The notes under the pieces: generated by a model
What the model was told of the DNA's origin: nothing
Database searches by the model: none
Seen by the model: the letters and a program-made list of their open reading frames with translations, nothing else
Shown here: positions 39,876 to 50,190 of the stretch, in pieces
Layout of the letters: the number at the start of each line of letters is the position of its first letter
Numbering within the stretch: position 1 is the stretch's first letter
Translations under genes and position numbers: made by a program
Assembly (NCBI GenBank): GCA_963731485.1
Contig: CAVSVQ010000008.1
Coordinates: 88,818 to 152,817, forward strand
Direction of reading: 5' to 3'
From: an uncultured Actinomycetota bacterium
GTDB taxonomy: Bacteria > Actinomycetota > Actinomycetes > Propionibacteriales > Nocardioidaceae
Length of the DNA: 64,000 nt

Positions 39876-40427
39876 ATGAAGAAGCTCGGAAGGACGGGCT
39901 CGACCTTGGTCACCGTCATCGTCGCGGCAATCGTGCTCGCCATCGCCACCACCAGCGGCGCGGTCGCGGGTGGTCTGATCACCAGCAAGCAGATCAAGAA
40001 CAACACGATCAAGAGCAAGGACGTCAAGAACAACAACCTGACCGGCACCGACATCAAGGACGGCTCGCTCGGCAAGGCCGACCTCGCCGCGGCCGCCCAG
40101 GGCTTCACGTCGATCGTGACCAAGGTGGTGCAGGCGAGTGGCATCGCCGACGGTGCCGTTTCCACGCGCACAGTCATGTGCGCGGCGGGCCAGGTGGCCG
40201 TCGGCGGCGGTGCCTACGTCACCACCAACCCCGTCAACTTCTTCGGCAACAACGGCGGCATCCTGGAAAGTAGCCTCCCAGCTACGCCCGGGACGACGAT
40301 CTTCGACACTCCCTCCACCTTCCCGGCCGGTGACAACACCGCACCGCTCGGCTGGCGCACCAGGGTGCGGAACGACCAGGGTGCATCCGAGACCGCCGTC
40401 CACTACGCGATGTGCGCGAGCAAGTAG
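39876..40427 (+). CDS. Secreted hypothetical protein with 10-aa repeats
   Basis: GAGGAG RBS, signal peptide ending AVA, ITSKQIKNNT/IKSKDVKNNN/LTGTDIKDGS repeats, two-Cys C-terminal domain. Confidence 0.8.
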   Translation: MKKLGRTGSTLVTVIVAAIVLAIATTSGAVAGGLITSKQIKNNTIKSKDVKNNNLTGTDIKDGSLGKADLAAAAQGFTSIVTKVVQASGIADGAVSTRTVMCAAGQVAVGGGAYVTTNPVNFFGNNGGILESSLPATPGTTIFDTPSTFPAGDNTAPLGWRTRVRNDQGASETAVHYAMCASK

Positions 40428-40440
40428 CCGATCGCTGGTA

Positions 40441-40475
40441 GCGAGGGTGCGCGGGCGACGACCGCGCACCCTCGC
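40441..40475. terminator. GC-rich hairpin between convergent genes
   Basis: GCGAGGGTGCGCGG / CCGCGCACCCTCGC perfect 14-bp stem. Confidence 0.75.
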
Positions 40476-40485
40476 GCATCAGGAA

Positions 40486-41094
40486 TCAGGCGTTCGTCAC
40501 CTCGACCGCCACCGAGCAGGCATCCGCGATCGCCGCCTCCAGCACCGACCGGCGCGGGTCCGGCACCGGCAGGAACGCCCCGACGACTCGCTGAGCCAGC
40601 GGTGCCAACCGGGCATCGTCGAGCACCGAGCTCACGGCCGACCGGTCGCCACCGACCACCAGCGCCGGCACACCGGCCACGATCCGGGCTGCATGGTCGG
40701 CCGCCGCCTCGTACGCCGCCCGCGCCTGGTTGTCCCGCCGTCGCGCGAACCGCTGCTGGCTCTGTCCGCCGGCCTTGGTGCGCCCCTGCACGTGTCGCTG
40801 CCCGACCTTGGAGTCCACGATCGTCTCCCCCGCCAGCCGGGCGACCGCGAAGCCGCCCTTGCGGACCAGGAGGATCCCCCAGTCCGCCGGAGGAGCGCAG
40901 GCAACGTCCAGGGCCTCGACCGTCGCCTCACCGACCTGTCTGTCGAATGGCGCCTCGGCCTCGAAGGTCGACCCGTCGCCGGCACGCCCGACGAGTCGTC
41001 CGGCGACCACCGTCAGCTCCGTCTCCCCATGTCGTGCCTCGAAGTTCTCCACCCAGCGCCGCAGGCGTACTCGGGAGACCTGGACAGTCGGCAT
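40486..41094 (-). CDS. acVLRF1-family (Vms1/eRF1-like) peptidyl-tRNA hydrolase
   Basis: ILLVRKGGFAVA, SKVGQRHVQGRTKAGGQSQQRFARRR.NQA, LVVGGD, VPDPRR; TACCGT -10 7 nt before ATG. Confidence 0.88.
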   Translation of the reverse strand: MPTVQVSRVRLRRWVENFEARHGETELTVVAGRLVGRAGDGSTFEAEAPFDRQVGEATVEALDVACAPPADWGILLVRKGGFAVARLAGETIVDSKVGQRHVQGRTKAGGQSQQRFARRRDNQARAAYEAAADHAARIVAGVPALVVGGDRSAVSSVLDDARLAPLAQRVVGAFLPVPDPRRSVLEAAIADACSVAVEVTNA

Positions 41095-41180
41095 GAGCCT
41101 GACGGTAATCGAGACTCTCGTGCGCGACCGTGCGGTCCATCCTGCTGTGGTGCCGCCGAGCTGGCACCAGGACGCAGGGT

Positions 41181-41231
41181 TCTGATCGTTCCGGTCGTCC
41201 GGCCGGCCAGCTGACGACAGCAACGATCAGA
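41181..41231. terminator. Long imperfect hairpin downstream of the suf operon
   Basis: TCTGATCGTT..GTCGTC / GACGAC..AACGATCAGA. Confidence 0.55.
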
Positions 41232-41262
41232 GCGAGCAGCTCACTCCTCGCGGGGTCACCGC

Positions 41263-41627
41263 TCAGACGTTGAAACCGAGCGCCCGCAGCTGCTCGCGGC
41301 CGTCGTCGGTGATCTTGTCCGGGCCCCACGGCGGCATCCAGACCCAGTTGATCGTCACGTCGTTGACCAGGCCCTCCAGGGCCGTGTTGGTCTGGTCCTC
41401 GATCACGTCGGTGAGCGGGCAGGCGGCCGAAGTCAGGGTCATGTCGAGCACGACGTTGGACGGACGCGTCCAGGTGCACGCCGTACACCAGCCCGAGATC
41501 GACGACGTTGATCCCGAGCTCGGGATCGACGACGTCCTTCATCGCCTCGAGGACGTCGTCCTCGGTGGCGGTCGGCGGTGCCGCCACCGTCGTGTCGCAC
41601 CTCGGGAAGATCGCTGTGGTCGGTCAT
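41263..41627 (-). CDS. sufT: DUF59 Fe-S assembly factor
   Basis: DVVDPELGINVVDLGLVY, MTLTSAACP, WMPPW. Confidence 0.9.
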
Positions 41628-41672
41628 GGCTTGCTCCTCCATGGTTTCGAGACGGCCTGCTTCGCGACCTCC

Positions 41673-42135
41673 TCAACCGCCGTTCGTCGTGCTGTGCCTG
41701 CAGCGGCGGCGTCCTTGAACGCCATCCACGACAGCAGCGCGCACTTGATCCGTGGCCGGGAACTTCGCGACACCGGCGAAGGCGATGCCGTCCTCGAGCA
41801 CGTCCTCGTCGGGCTCGCACCTGCCCCTTGCCCTGCATCAGCTCGAGGAATGCCTCGTGGGTGTGCAGGGCCTCATCAGCGGCCGGCCGATCACCAGGTC
41901 GGTCAGCACCGAGGTGGACGCCTGGCTGATCGAGCAGCCCTCGGCGGCGTACGAGACGTCCGAGACCTGCCAACCGAGGTCCAGCGTCGTCCAGGTGCAC
42001 CCGCAGCGTCACCTCGTCACCGCAGGTCGGGTTGACGTGGTGCACCTCGGCCTCGAACGGCTCCCGCAGGCCCGCGTGGTGCGGGTTGCGGTAGTGATCG
42101 AGGATGATCTCCTGGTAGAGCGCGTCGAGGTCCAT
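41673..42135 (-). CDS. sufU: SUF sulfur-transfer protein (3' end approximate)
   Basis: LYQEIILDHY, VNPTCGDEV, GCSISQAS, RIKCALL. Confidence 0.9.
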
Positions 42136-42145
42136 GGCTGTGTAA

Positions 42146-43394
42146 TCACCCGACCTTGAAGTAGTTCTTGGTGTGCTCCAGCCCGTCGACCAGCGCGTCG
42201 ATCTCGGCCGGGGTCGTGTAGAGGTACGACGAGGCGCGGGTCGAGCTCTGCACGCCGAACCGCTTGTGCGCCGGCTTGGCGCAGTGGTGCCCGGCGCGTA
42301 CGGCGATCCCGCGGCTGTCCAGCAGCTGGGCCACGTCGTGCGGGTGCACCCCGTCGAGCTCGAAGGACACCGCTCCACCGCGCTCCGCCGCGTCGAGCGG
42401 CCCGAGGACGGTGACCCCGGAAATCGACGCGAGGCCGTCGAGCAGGTAGCCGGTGATCGCCTGCTCGTGGGCGTGGATGCTCGGTCCAGCCCGATGTGCG
42501 AGACAGGTAGTCGATCGCCGCGCCGAGGCCGATCGCCTCGACGATCGGTGGGGTGCCGGCCTCGAACTTGTGCGGGATCGGCGCCCAGGTCGAGCTGCTC
42601 CATCGTGACCGGTCGCGATCATCTCGCCCCCGCCGAGGAAGGGCGGCAGCTGGTCGAGCAGCTCGGTGCGACCCCAGAGCACGCCGATGCCGGTCGGGCC
42701 GGTCACCTTGTGCCCGGTGAAGGCGAGGAAGTCGGCGTCGACCGCCTGCACGTCGACCGGCAGCTGCGGCGCCGCCTGCGAGGCGTCGACGACGACGACC
42801 GCGCCGACCTCGTGGGCCCGGCGGGCGATCTCGGCCACCGGGTTGATCGTGCCGAGCATGTTCGACACCCAGGTCAGCGCGACGACCTTGGTCTGCCGGG
42901 GTGAGCAGCTCGTCGATGTTCGACAGGTCCAGCCGGCCGTCGTCGGTCAGGCCGAACCAGCGAAGCTCCGCGCCCGCGCGCTCGGTGGCCAGCTGCCACG
43001 GCACGATGTTGGAGTGGTGCTCCATCTCGGTGATCACCACCCGGTCGCCGGGCGCCGAGCGGGGAACGTGCGGGCGACCAGGTTGAGCGCCTCGGTGGCG
43101 TTCTTGGTGAACACCACCTCGTCGCGCGACGGTGCGTTGAGGAAGCCGCGCCACCTTGTCGCGGGCACCCTCGAACGCCTGCGGTCGACTCCGCGCCGAG
43201 CTGGTGCATCGCCCGGGCGATGTTCGCGTTGTGCCGCTCGAGGTGGTCGACCATCGCGTCGATCACCACCTGCGGCTTCTGCGAGGTGTTCGCGCTGTCG
43301 AGGTAGACCAGTCGGTGCCCGTCCGGCGAGCGTCCGGCTCCAGGATCGGGAAGTCCGCCCGGATCAGGTCGAGGTCGGTCAGCAGGCCTGCCAT
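42146..43394 (-). CDS. sufS: Cysteine desulfurase
   Basis: YLDSANTSQKP, EHHSNIVPW, FTGHK, FEAGTP, VRAGHHCA. Confidence 0.95.
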
Positions 43395-43431
43395 GTCTGG
43401 TGTCGGCTCGATCGAGGTGGTCGAGACGTGG

Positions 43432-44191
43432 TCAGACTGCGGCGCCGACGTACTTGTCGTAGCCGCTGGCCTCGAGCTCCTCGGCCAGCTCCGGGCCGCC
43501 CTCCTCGACCATCCGGCCGTCGACGAAGACGTGCACGAAGTCCGGGCGTGATGTAGCGCAGGATCCGGGTGTAGTGGGTGATCAGCAGGACGCCCTTGTC
43601 GCCTTGCTCCTTGAAGCGGTTGACGCCCTCGGAGACGATCTTCAGCGCGTCGATGTCCAGGCCCGAGTCGGTCTCGTCGAGGATCGCGACCTTGGGGTCG
43701 AGCAGCTCGAGCTGGACGATCTCGTGGCGCTTCTTCTCGCCGCCGGAGAAGCCCTCGTTGACGTTCCGGGTCGCGAACGCGGTGTCCATCTTCACCCGGT
43801 CCATCGCGGTGTTGACGTCCTTGACCCAGGTGCGCAGCTTCGGCGCCTCGCCGTCGATCGCGGTCTTCGCGGTGCGCAGGAAGTTCGACACCGAGACGCC
43901 CGGCACCTCGACGGGGTACTGCATCGCGAGGAAGAGGCCGGCGCGGGCCCGCTCGTCGACCGTCATCGCGAGCACGTCGACGCCGTCGAGGGTGACCGAC
44001 CCGCTGGTCACGTCGTACTTCGGGTGTCCGGCGATGGAGTAGGCCAGCGTCGACTTGCCGGAGCCGTTCGGGCCCATGATCGCGTGCGTCTCGCCGTCCC
44101 GGATGGTCAGGTTGACGCCCTTGAGGATCTCCTTGGGGCCGTCCTCGGTGGTGACCGAGACGTGCAGGTCCTTGATCTCCAGCGTTGCCAT
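43432..44191 (-). CDS. sufC: Fe-S assembly ATPase
   Basis: [34 protein letters not shown]. Confidence 0.95.
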
Positions 44192-44224
44192 GTCAGTTCT
44201 CCTTCAGCCCACTTCAGCGGGGAG

Positions 44225-44545
44225 TCAGATGTCGATGAGTACGTCGCCACCGTCGATCTGCGACCGGGAAGACGGGACGGGTTCGGTGGCCGGCGGCCCG
44301 GTGGGCTTGCCGGTGCGAAGGTCGAAGCGGGAGCCGTGCATCCAGCACTCGATCTCGCAGCCCTCGACGTCGCCCTCGGAGAGCGCGACCTGCTGCGTGG
44401 CTGCACTCGTCCTCGATCGCGTAGAAGTCCTCGCCGTTGCGCACGATCGCCACGTCGAGCCCGTCGACCTCCACGCGCCAGCGACTGCCCGTCGGCGACC
44501 TCGGCATGGCCGCACATGCCCGCAGAAGCCATCGGCCCCACTCAC
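44225..44545 (-). CDS. Rieske-type ferredoxin
   Basis: ECSH...LSEG...IECWMHGSRFDLRTG. Confidence 0.9.
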   Translation of the reverse strand: MSGADGFCGHVRPCRGRRRAVAGAWRSTGSTWRSCATARTSTRSRTSAATQQVALSEGDVEGCEIECWMHGSRFDLRTGKPTGPPATEPVPSSRSQIDGGDVLIDI

Positions 44546-45723
44546 GGCGTGCCTTCAGCACGTTCTTCGCGAGCTCGGCCTCGACCGTGGCGGTGAGCTT
44601 CTCCTCGAGCGACGGGACGCCGATCTTGCGGATCAGGTCGTGGAAGAAGCCGTGCACCACGAGGCGGCGGGCCTCGTCCTCGACGATGCCGCGCGAGCGG
44701 AGGTAGAACAGCTGCTCGTCGTCGAACCGTCCGGTCGCCGAGGCGTGCCCGGCGCCCTCGATCTCGCCGGTCTCGATCTCGAGGTTGGGCACCGAGTCGG
44801 CCTGGCAGCCGTCGGTGAGCACCAGGTTGCGGTTCTCCTCGAAGGTCTCGATGCCTTCGGCGATCTTGCGGATCAGCACGTTGCCGATCCAGACGGTGTG
44901 GGCGCCCTCGCCCTGCAGGGCGCCCTTGTAGACGACGTGGCTCTTCGTCCTCGGCGCCGTTGTGGTCCACGAACAGGCGGTGCTCGATGTGCTGACCCTC
45001 GTCGGCGAAGTAGAGCCCGAGCATCTCCACCGAGCCACCCGGTCCGGCGTACTCCGCGGTGGTGTCGTGGCGAACCACGTCACCACCGAACGTGACGGCG
45101 ACGTGCTTCAGGGTGGCGTCGCGGCCGACCCGGGCGTGCTGGCTGGACAGGTGCACGGCGTCGTCGGCCCAGTCCTGCAGCGACACCACAGTCAGCTCGG
45201 CGCCGTCCTCGAGGACGAACTCGACGTTGTCGGCGAGCACCGCGCGAGCCCTCGAACGGCAGCACGACCGTCGCCTTGCGAGAACTTCTCCGCGATCACG
45301 ACGTGTGTTCGGCGCCGGCGGCGTCGGAGCCGGTGCCGATCGACGGATGCACCGTGGCGTCGTCGACGTCGCCCGCTCGGTCGGGATCCGCACCAGGGTG
45401 ACACCGCTCGCCTGCGGCCCAGGCCCGCGCCGAGATCCGGTCGGAGGCACCAGCCCGGAACTCCCGCGCAGCGGCGAGTCGGCGCCGACGCTGCTCGACG
45501 AGCACACCCTCGGCCGCCTCGACCTTCACGGTGGTGCGCACCGTCGGCGAACGGCGCGTCGTCGTGCAGACCGCGGAGGCGCTTGAGCGGGGTGAACCGC
45601 CAGATCTCCTCGCGCCCGGTCGGCACCGGGTGGTCGCTCGACGTCGAACGAGCCATCGGGGTGCAGATGCGACTGGAGACGCTTCTCGACCTCAAGTGCG
45701 CTCGGCAGAACGGCTGTGCCGTC
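44542..45723 (-). CDS. sufD: Fe-S assembly protein SufD
   Basis: EEIWRFTP, VPNLEIETGEIEGAGHAS, FYLRSRGI. Confidence 0.92.
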
Positions 45724-47145
45724 AACCGACTGCCCCTTCCATCTGCAGCTCGATCAGCCGGTTGAGCTCCAGGGCGTACTCCATCGGGAGCTCCTTGGCG
45801 ATCGGCTCGACGAAGCCGCGCACGATCATCGCCATCGCCTCGTCCTCGCTCCATGCCGCGCGACATCAGGTAGAACAGCTGGTCCTCGGAGACCTTCGAG
45901 ACGCTCGCCTCGTGGCCCATCGAGACGTCGTCCTCGCGGATGTCGACGTAGGGGTAGGTGTCGGACCGGCTGATCTGGTCGACCAGCAGCGCGTCGCAGA
46001 GCACGTTGCGACTTCGAGCCGTGGGCGCCCTCGTTGATCTGGATCAGGCCGCGGTACGACGTGCGGCCGCCGCCTCGCGCCACCGACTTGGACAGGATGC
46101 TGAATCGACGTGTGCGGCGCCGCATGCACCATCTTGGCGCCGGCGTCCTGGTGCTGGCCCTCCCCGGCGAACGCGATCGACAGTGTCTCGCCCTTGGCGT
46201 GCTCACCCATCAGGTAGACGGCGGGGTACTTCATCGTCACCTTGGAGCCGATGTTGCCGTCGACCCACTCCATCGTCGCGCCCGGCCTCGCAGGTCGCCC
46301 GCTTGGTCACCAGGTTGTAGACGTTGTTCGACCAGTTCTGGATGGTCGTGTAGCGGCACCGGCCGCCCTTCTTCACGATGATCTCCACGACCGCGGAGTG
46401 CAGCGAGTCGCTGGAGTAGATCGGCGCCGTGCAGCCCTCGACGTAGTGCACGTAGGCGTCCTCGTCGACGATGATCAGCGTGCGCTCGAACTGGCCCATG
46501 TTCTCGGTGTTGATCCGGAAGTAGGCCTGCAGCGGGATGTCGACGTGCACGCCCTTGGGCACGTAGATGAACGAGCCGCCCGACCAGACGCTGGTGTTCA
46601 GCGCCGCGAACTTGTTGTCGCCGACCGGGATCACCGTGCCGAAGTACTCCTTGAAGATGTCCTCGTGCTCGCGCAGCGCCGTGTCGGTGTCGAGGAACAG
46701 CACGCCCTGGTCCTCCAGGTCCTCGCGGATCGAGTGGTAGACGACCTCGGACTCGTACTGCGCGGCCACGCCGGCGACCAGGCGCTGCTTCTCGGCCTCG
46801 GGGATGCCGAGCTTGTCGTAGGTGTTCTTGATGTCCTCGGGGAGGTCCTCCCACTGGTGGCCTGCTTCTCGGTGGAGCGGACGAAGTACTTGATGTTCTC
46901 GAAGTCGATCGCCGACAGGTCCGAGCCCCAGGTGGGCATCGGCTTGCGGTGGAAGAGCTTGAGACCCTTCAGGCGCAGGTCCAGCATCCACTGCGGCTCG
47001 TTCTTCTTCGCCGAGATGTCCCGCACGACCTCCTCGTTGAGGCCGCGCGCGGCGGCCGGCGCCGGCGTCGTCGTTGTCGGCCCAGCCGAACTCGTAGCGG
47101 CCGATGCCCTTCAGCTCTGGGTTGCAGCTCGTCGATGGTCGTCAT
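45722..47145 (-). CDS. sufB: Fe-S assembly scaffold SufB (no intein)
   Basis: [35 protein letters not shown]. Confidence 0.95.
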
Positions 47146-47899
47146 TTCGAGCACTTCCTTTCGTGGTGGAGGATGCGAGCGCCTTGGTCGGTGGTCGAGC
47201 CGTCGGGACCGTGTGCCGCTCGGGATGCACGTCGTGCACACGCCGTCGCCGTGGGCGATGGTGGCGAGTCGCTGCACGTGGCTGCCGAGGACGCGACTGA
47301 TCGCCTCGGTCTCGGCCTCGCACAGCTGCGGGAACTCGTGGGCGACGTGGGCGACCGGGCAGTGCTGCTGGCACAGCTGCTCCCCGACGCTCTGCTGGTG
47401 ACGACGGGCAGGCTGCGCACCGAGGCTGCGTAGCCCTCGCCGGTGAAGACCTGGGCCAGCGCCTCCGCCGGGGTGAGCGCGGGGTTGGCGGCGACCACGT
47501 CGGCGAACTCCTGCCTCGATGAACGCCACCCGGCGCTCGGCGAACGCCCGCACTGCCTCCTCGCCGCCGGTCTCGGCGAGGAAGCGGAGCGCCTGCACGG
47601 CGAGGTCGTCGTACTGCTGGTCGAAGTGGGCGTGGCCGCTGTCGGTCAGCGCGAACACCTTCGCCGGGCGACCGCGGCCGCGCACGGGTCGCCGCGGGCT
47701 CGCGCGCCTCGACCGCACCGCTGCTCGAGCAGGTGGTCGAGGTGCCGGCGCACGGCTGCCGGGGTCAGGTCCAGCCGCTCGGCGAGCGCCGCAGCCGTCG
47801 ACGGGCCGTTCTCCAGGATCGACCGCACCACCCGCTCCCGGGTGGGTGCGTCGCCGAGGTCCGTACGGACCCCGGCCCTGCGACCTGGTCGATTTCCAC
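47142..47899 (-). CDS. sufR: SUF operon regulator (HTH plus Fe-S domain)
   Basis: LTPAAVRRHL, RGRPAK, QHCPVAHVA.EFPQLCEAE, TIAHGDGVCTT. Confidence 0.92.
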
Positions 47900-47950
47900 A
47901 ACACCAGTGTGCCGTTAATGGTTTCGGGGATTCAAATAAGGGTCGCCTAA
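47896..47950 (-). promoter_or_regulatory. suf promoter with SufR-like site and DtxR/IdeR-like iron box
   Basis: Minus strand CACACT-GGTGT-TGTGG overlapping -10 and GTG start; TTAGGCGACCCTTATTTGA (47950-47932) matches about 13/19 of TWAGGTWAGSCTWACCTWA. Confidence 0.55.
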
Positions 47951-48067
47951 CCCCGACCCCGGGGCCACCAGCACCCTCGGTTCCAGTCTGGCTCACCCAC
48001 TGGAAAATGTCCGTTTTGTCTGTTTCACTGGTACCCGTCACACTCGGGATGGAGCAGGGAGGGTTCC

Positions 48068-49018
48068 ATGTCGTTGCGGTCGATCCCGTCAATGTCGTCA
48101 TTGCGGTCGTTTCCGCGGTTTGCGTCGCTTCCGTCGTTTCGCGCTGTGGTGCGGTCCCGGACCGTGCTCGTCCTCGGGGTCGTGGTCACGGTGGGCCTCC
48201 CCCTGCTCACCATGCCGCACCTGCCCGCGCTCAGCCCGTGGCCGGTCGTGGTCGGGATGGTGCCGTGGGTGGTCGGGCAAGTATCTCCTCTGCCCGCTGC
48301 GCTGGCGCGTCCTCACCCCGCTCGGCCCGAACGGGCGGCAGTCGCCGGGCTGGCACCTGCGCGCGTACGCCGAGTCCGAGCTGCTCGGCCTGCTCACGCC
48401 CGGCCATCTCGGCGCGGACGTCTGGCGCGTCCATCGGCTCGGGAAGGTGGGCCTCCCCCGCGGCGACGCGCTGATGTGCGTGGGCATGGACCGACTGCGT
48501 CGGGGCGATCGGGCTGGCTGCCTTCGTCGCCTTCGCGGCCACCGACGCTCCCGGCGCAGGATGCTGATCGCAGCCGCCGGCGATCGGCCTGGCGCTCCTC
48601 CTCGTCGCCGCTCGTCGTGCACCGGCATCCGGCCCGCAGCTGTTGCCGACGCGGGCCGCTGCCGAGGCCGCGTGCGCTCGTGCTCGGCCTGGTGCTCTCG
48701 GTCGGCCTACCAGCTGACGCATCGCCGGACTGCTCCTCGGCACGGTGGCAGCGACCGGACACACGCTCTCGCCGTTGGCGCTGCTCGGCGCCTTCGGCGC
48801 CAGCCAGGTCGCCGCGGCCGTGCCCGGACCGAACGGTGCGAGTCCCCGCGACGGCGCCCTCGTGGTCGCGCTCGTGGCGCTCGGACTGCCCTGGGTCGCG
48901 GCCGCGGCGGCGGTCGCCCTCAAGGCCGCGCTCGCGTGGTTGCCGGCCCTGGCTGCTGGGCGGCCTGAGCCTGATCGTGCATCGGCGCCAGACGCGCGCG
49001 GCACCCGTGACGGCCTGA
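48068..49018 (+). CDS. Lysylphosphatidylglycerol-synthase TM (UPF0104 flippase-like) membrane protein
   Basis: LRWRVL, YAESELLGLLTPGHLGADVWR, DR, VPGPNGASPRDG; multi-TM. Confidence 0.7.
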   Translation: MSLRSIPSMSSLRSFPRFASLPSFRAVVRSRTVLVLGVVVTVGLPLLTMPHLPALSPWPVVVGMVPWVVGQVSPLPAALARPHPARPERAAVAGLAPARVRRVRAARPAHARPSRRGRLARPSAREGGPPPRRRADVRGHGPTASGRSGWLPSSPSRPPTLPAQDADRSRRRSAWRSSSSPLVVHRHPARSCCRRGPLPRPRALVLGLVLSVGLPADASPDCSSARWQRPDTRSRRWRCSAPSAPARSPRPCPDRTVRVPATAPSWSRSWRSDCPGSRPRRRSPSRPRSRGCRPWLLGGLSLIVHRRQTRAAPVTA

Positions 49019-49124
49019 GCCGGGACGTTCGCCGCCGGACTGGCGACCTTCGCCCCAGCACGCCCCGCCGCCAGCCCGCAGGATGGGACTGGAGGCATCG
49101 TGGTGTCTCTGCACGTGCGAACGC

Positions 49125-49163
49125 GGGCGACACTGCCGGGTGACACTGCTGGGCAACACCGCA
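49125..49163. repeat. Three imperfect 13-bp direct repeats GGGYRACACYGCH
   Basis: gggcgacactgcc / gggtgacactgct / gggcaacaccgca in the intergenic region. Confidence 0.6.
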
Positions 49164-49209
49164 CTGGCAGCCGAACGCCGGCACGTCCCGCACGAGAGAG
49201 GTATCCGAG

Positions 49210-49870
49210 GTGTCCCCCGTCCTGACGATCGCCCACCGGGCCGGCAACACGCTGGCCGGGCTGCACGCCGCGAACGAGCTCGGCGTGGACGTCATCGAGT
49301 GCGACATCCACCACTACCGCGGCCGACTCGAGGTCCGCCACCTCAGGACGGCCGGTCCGCTGCCGTTCCTCTGGGACAAGCTGGCGAGCTGGTCCGGCGT
49401 CGGCGCCGCGCCTGGGCCTGCACGAGCTGCTCGAGGCCGACGAGCACGGCACCCTGTTCATGCTCGACCTCAAGGGCCCCTGGACCTGGACCGGGCGCGC
49501 CGTCGCCCGGCTGCTCCACGAGGGCGGTCACCACCGCCCCGTCCTGGTCGTGCGGCCGGTGGTGGCCCTCGGTCGACGCGATGGCCCACCTCGCCTACGT
49601 GCTCCCGGTGCTCTCGGCCCGCAACCGTTTCGAGATGGCCCGGCTCCGCCGGCGTCTCACCCACGGTGCCCAGCCCCACGGGGTCTCGGTCCACCCCTCC
49701 CTGCTCGACCGCGACACGGTCGACCTGAGCTGCACCGGCACGTCGAGCTCGTGATGACCTGGGCGGTCAACGACGTCGGCACGCTCGACCGGGTCCTGGG
49801 CTACGGCGTCACCGGCGTGATCAGCGACGAGCACGCCATCCTCGCCGAGGTCGGGGCACGCGCGACCTGA
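49210..49870 (+). CDS. Glycerophosphodiester phosphodiesterase family protein
   Basis: IAHRAGN, IECDI, VRH, LDLK, MTWAVND, GVTGVISD. Confidence 0.85.
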
Positions 49871-49968
49871 GGCCGACGGGTATCAGTGCGTACCGGTCAC
49901 GCTCCTTGAGTCGTCCGGCCCCGACGGCTCGCGGGCCGGTCCGCACTCGAGCACGCAGAGGAGACGCC

Positions 49969-50181
49969 ATGCGCCCGATGTTCGCCGACACGGTCGTGAC
50001 CGAGGCGGGGGTCGACCTCGACGGCCCGGACCCGACCCGGCCTCCGGCAAGCCGACCCGAGGCCTACCGCGAGTGGCGGCGCACGCGGGTGCTGTTCATG
50101 CACTCGGTCTCCGATGCCGAGCGGGCCGTCGTGCCCGGCGTCGCCGACCTCCCTGCCCAACCCCGACGAGACGATCTCTAG
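49969..50181 (+). CDS. Small hypothetical protein (70 aa)
   Basis: AGAGGAG RBS before ATG; fills the gap between genes; no family recognised. Confidence 0.5.
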   Translation: MRPMFADTVVTEAGVDLDGPDPTRPPASRPEAYREWRRTRVLFMHSVSDAERAVVPGVADLPAQPRRDDL

Positions 50182-50190
50182 ACTTGCCCG

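Noticed and set aside
45722-47145. SufB intein
   Set aside because: The length of about 1.42 kb fits an uninterrupted SufB and the motifs are contiguous.
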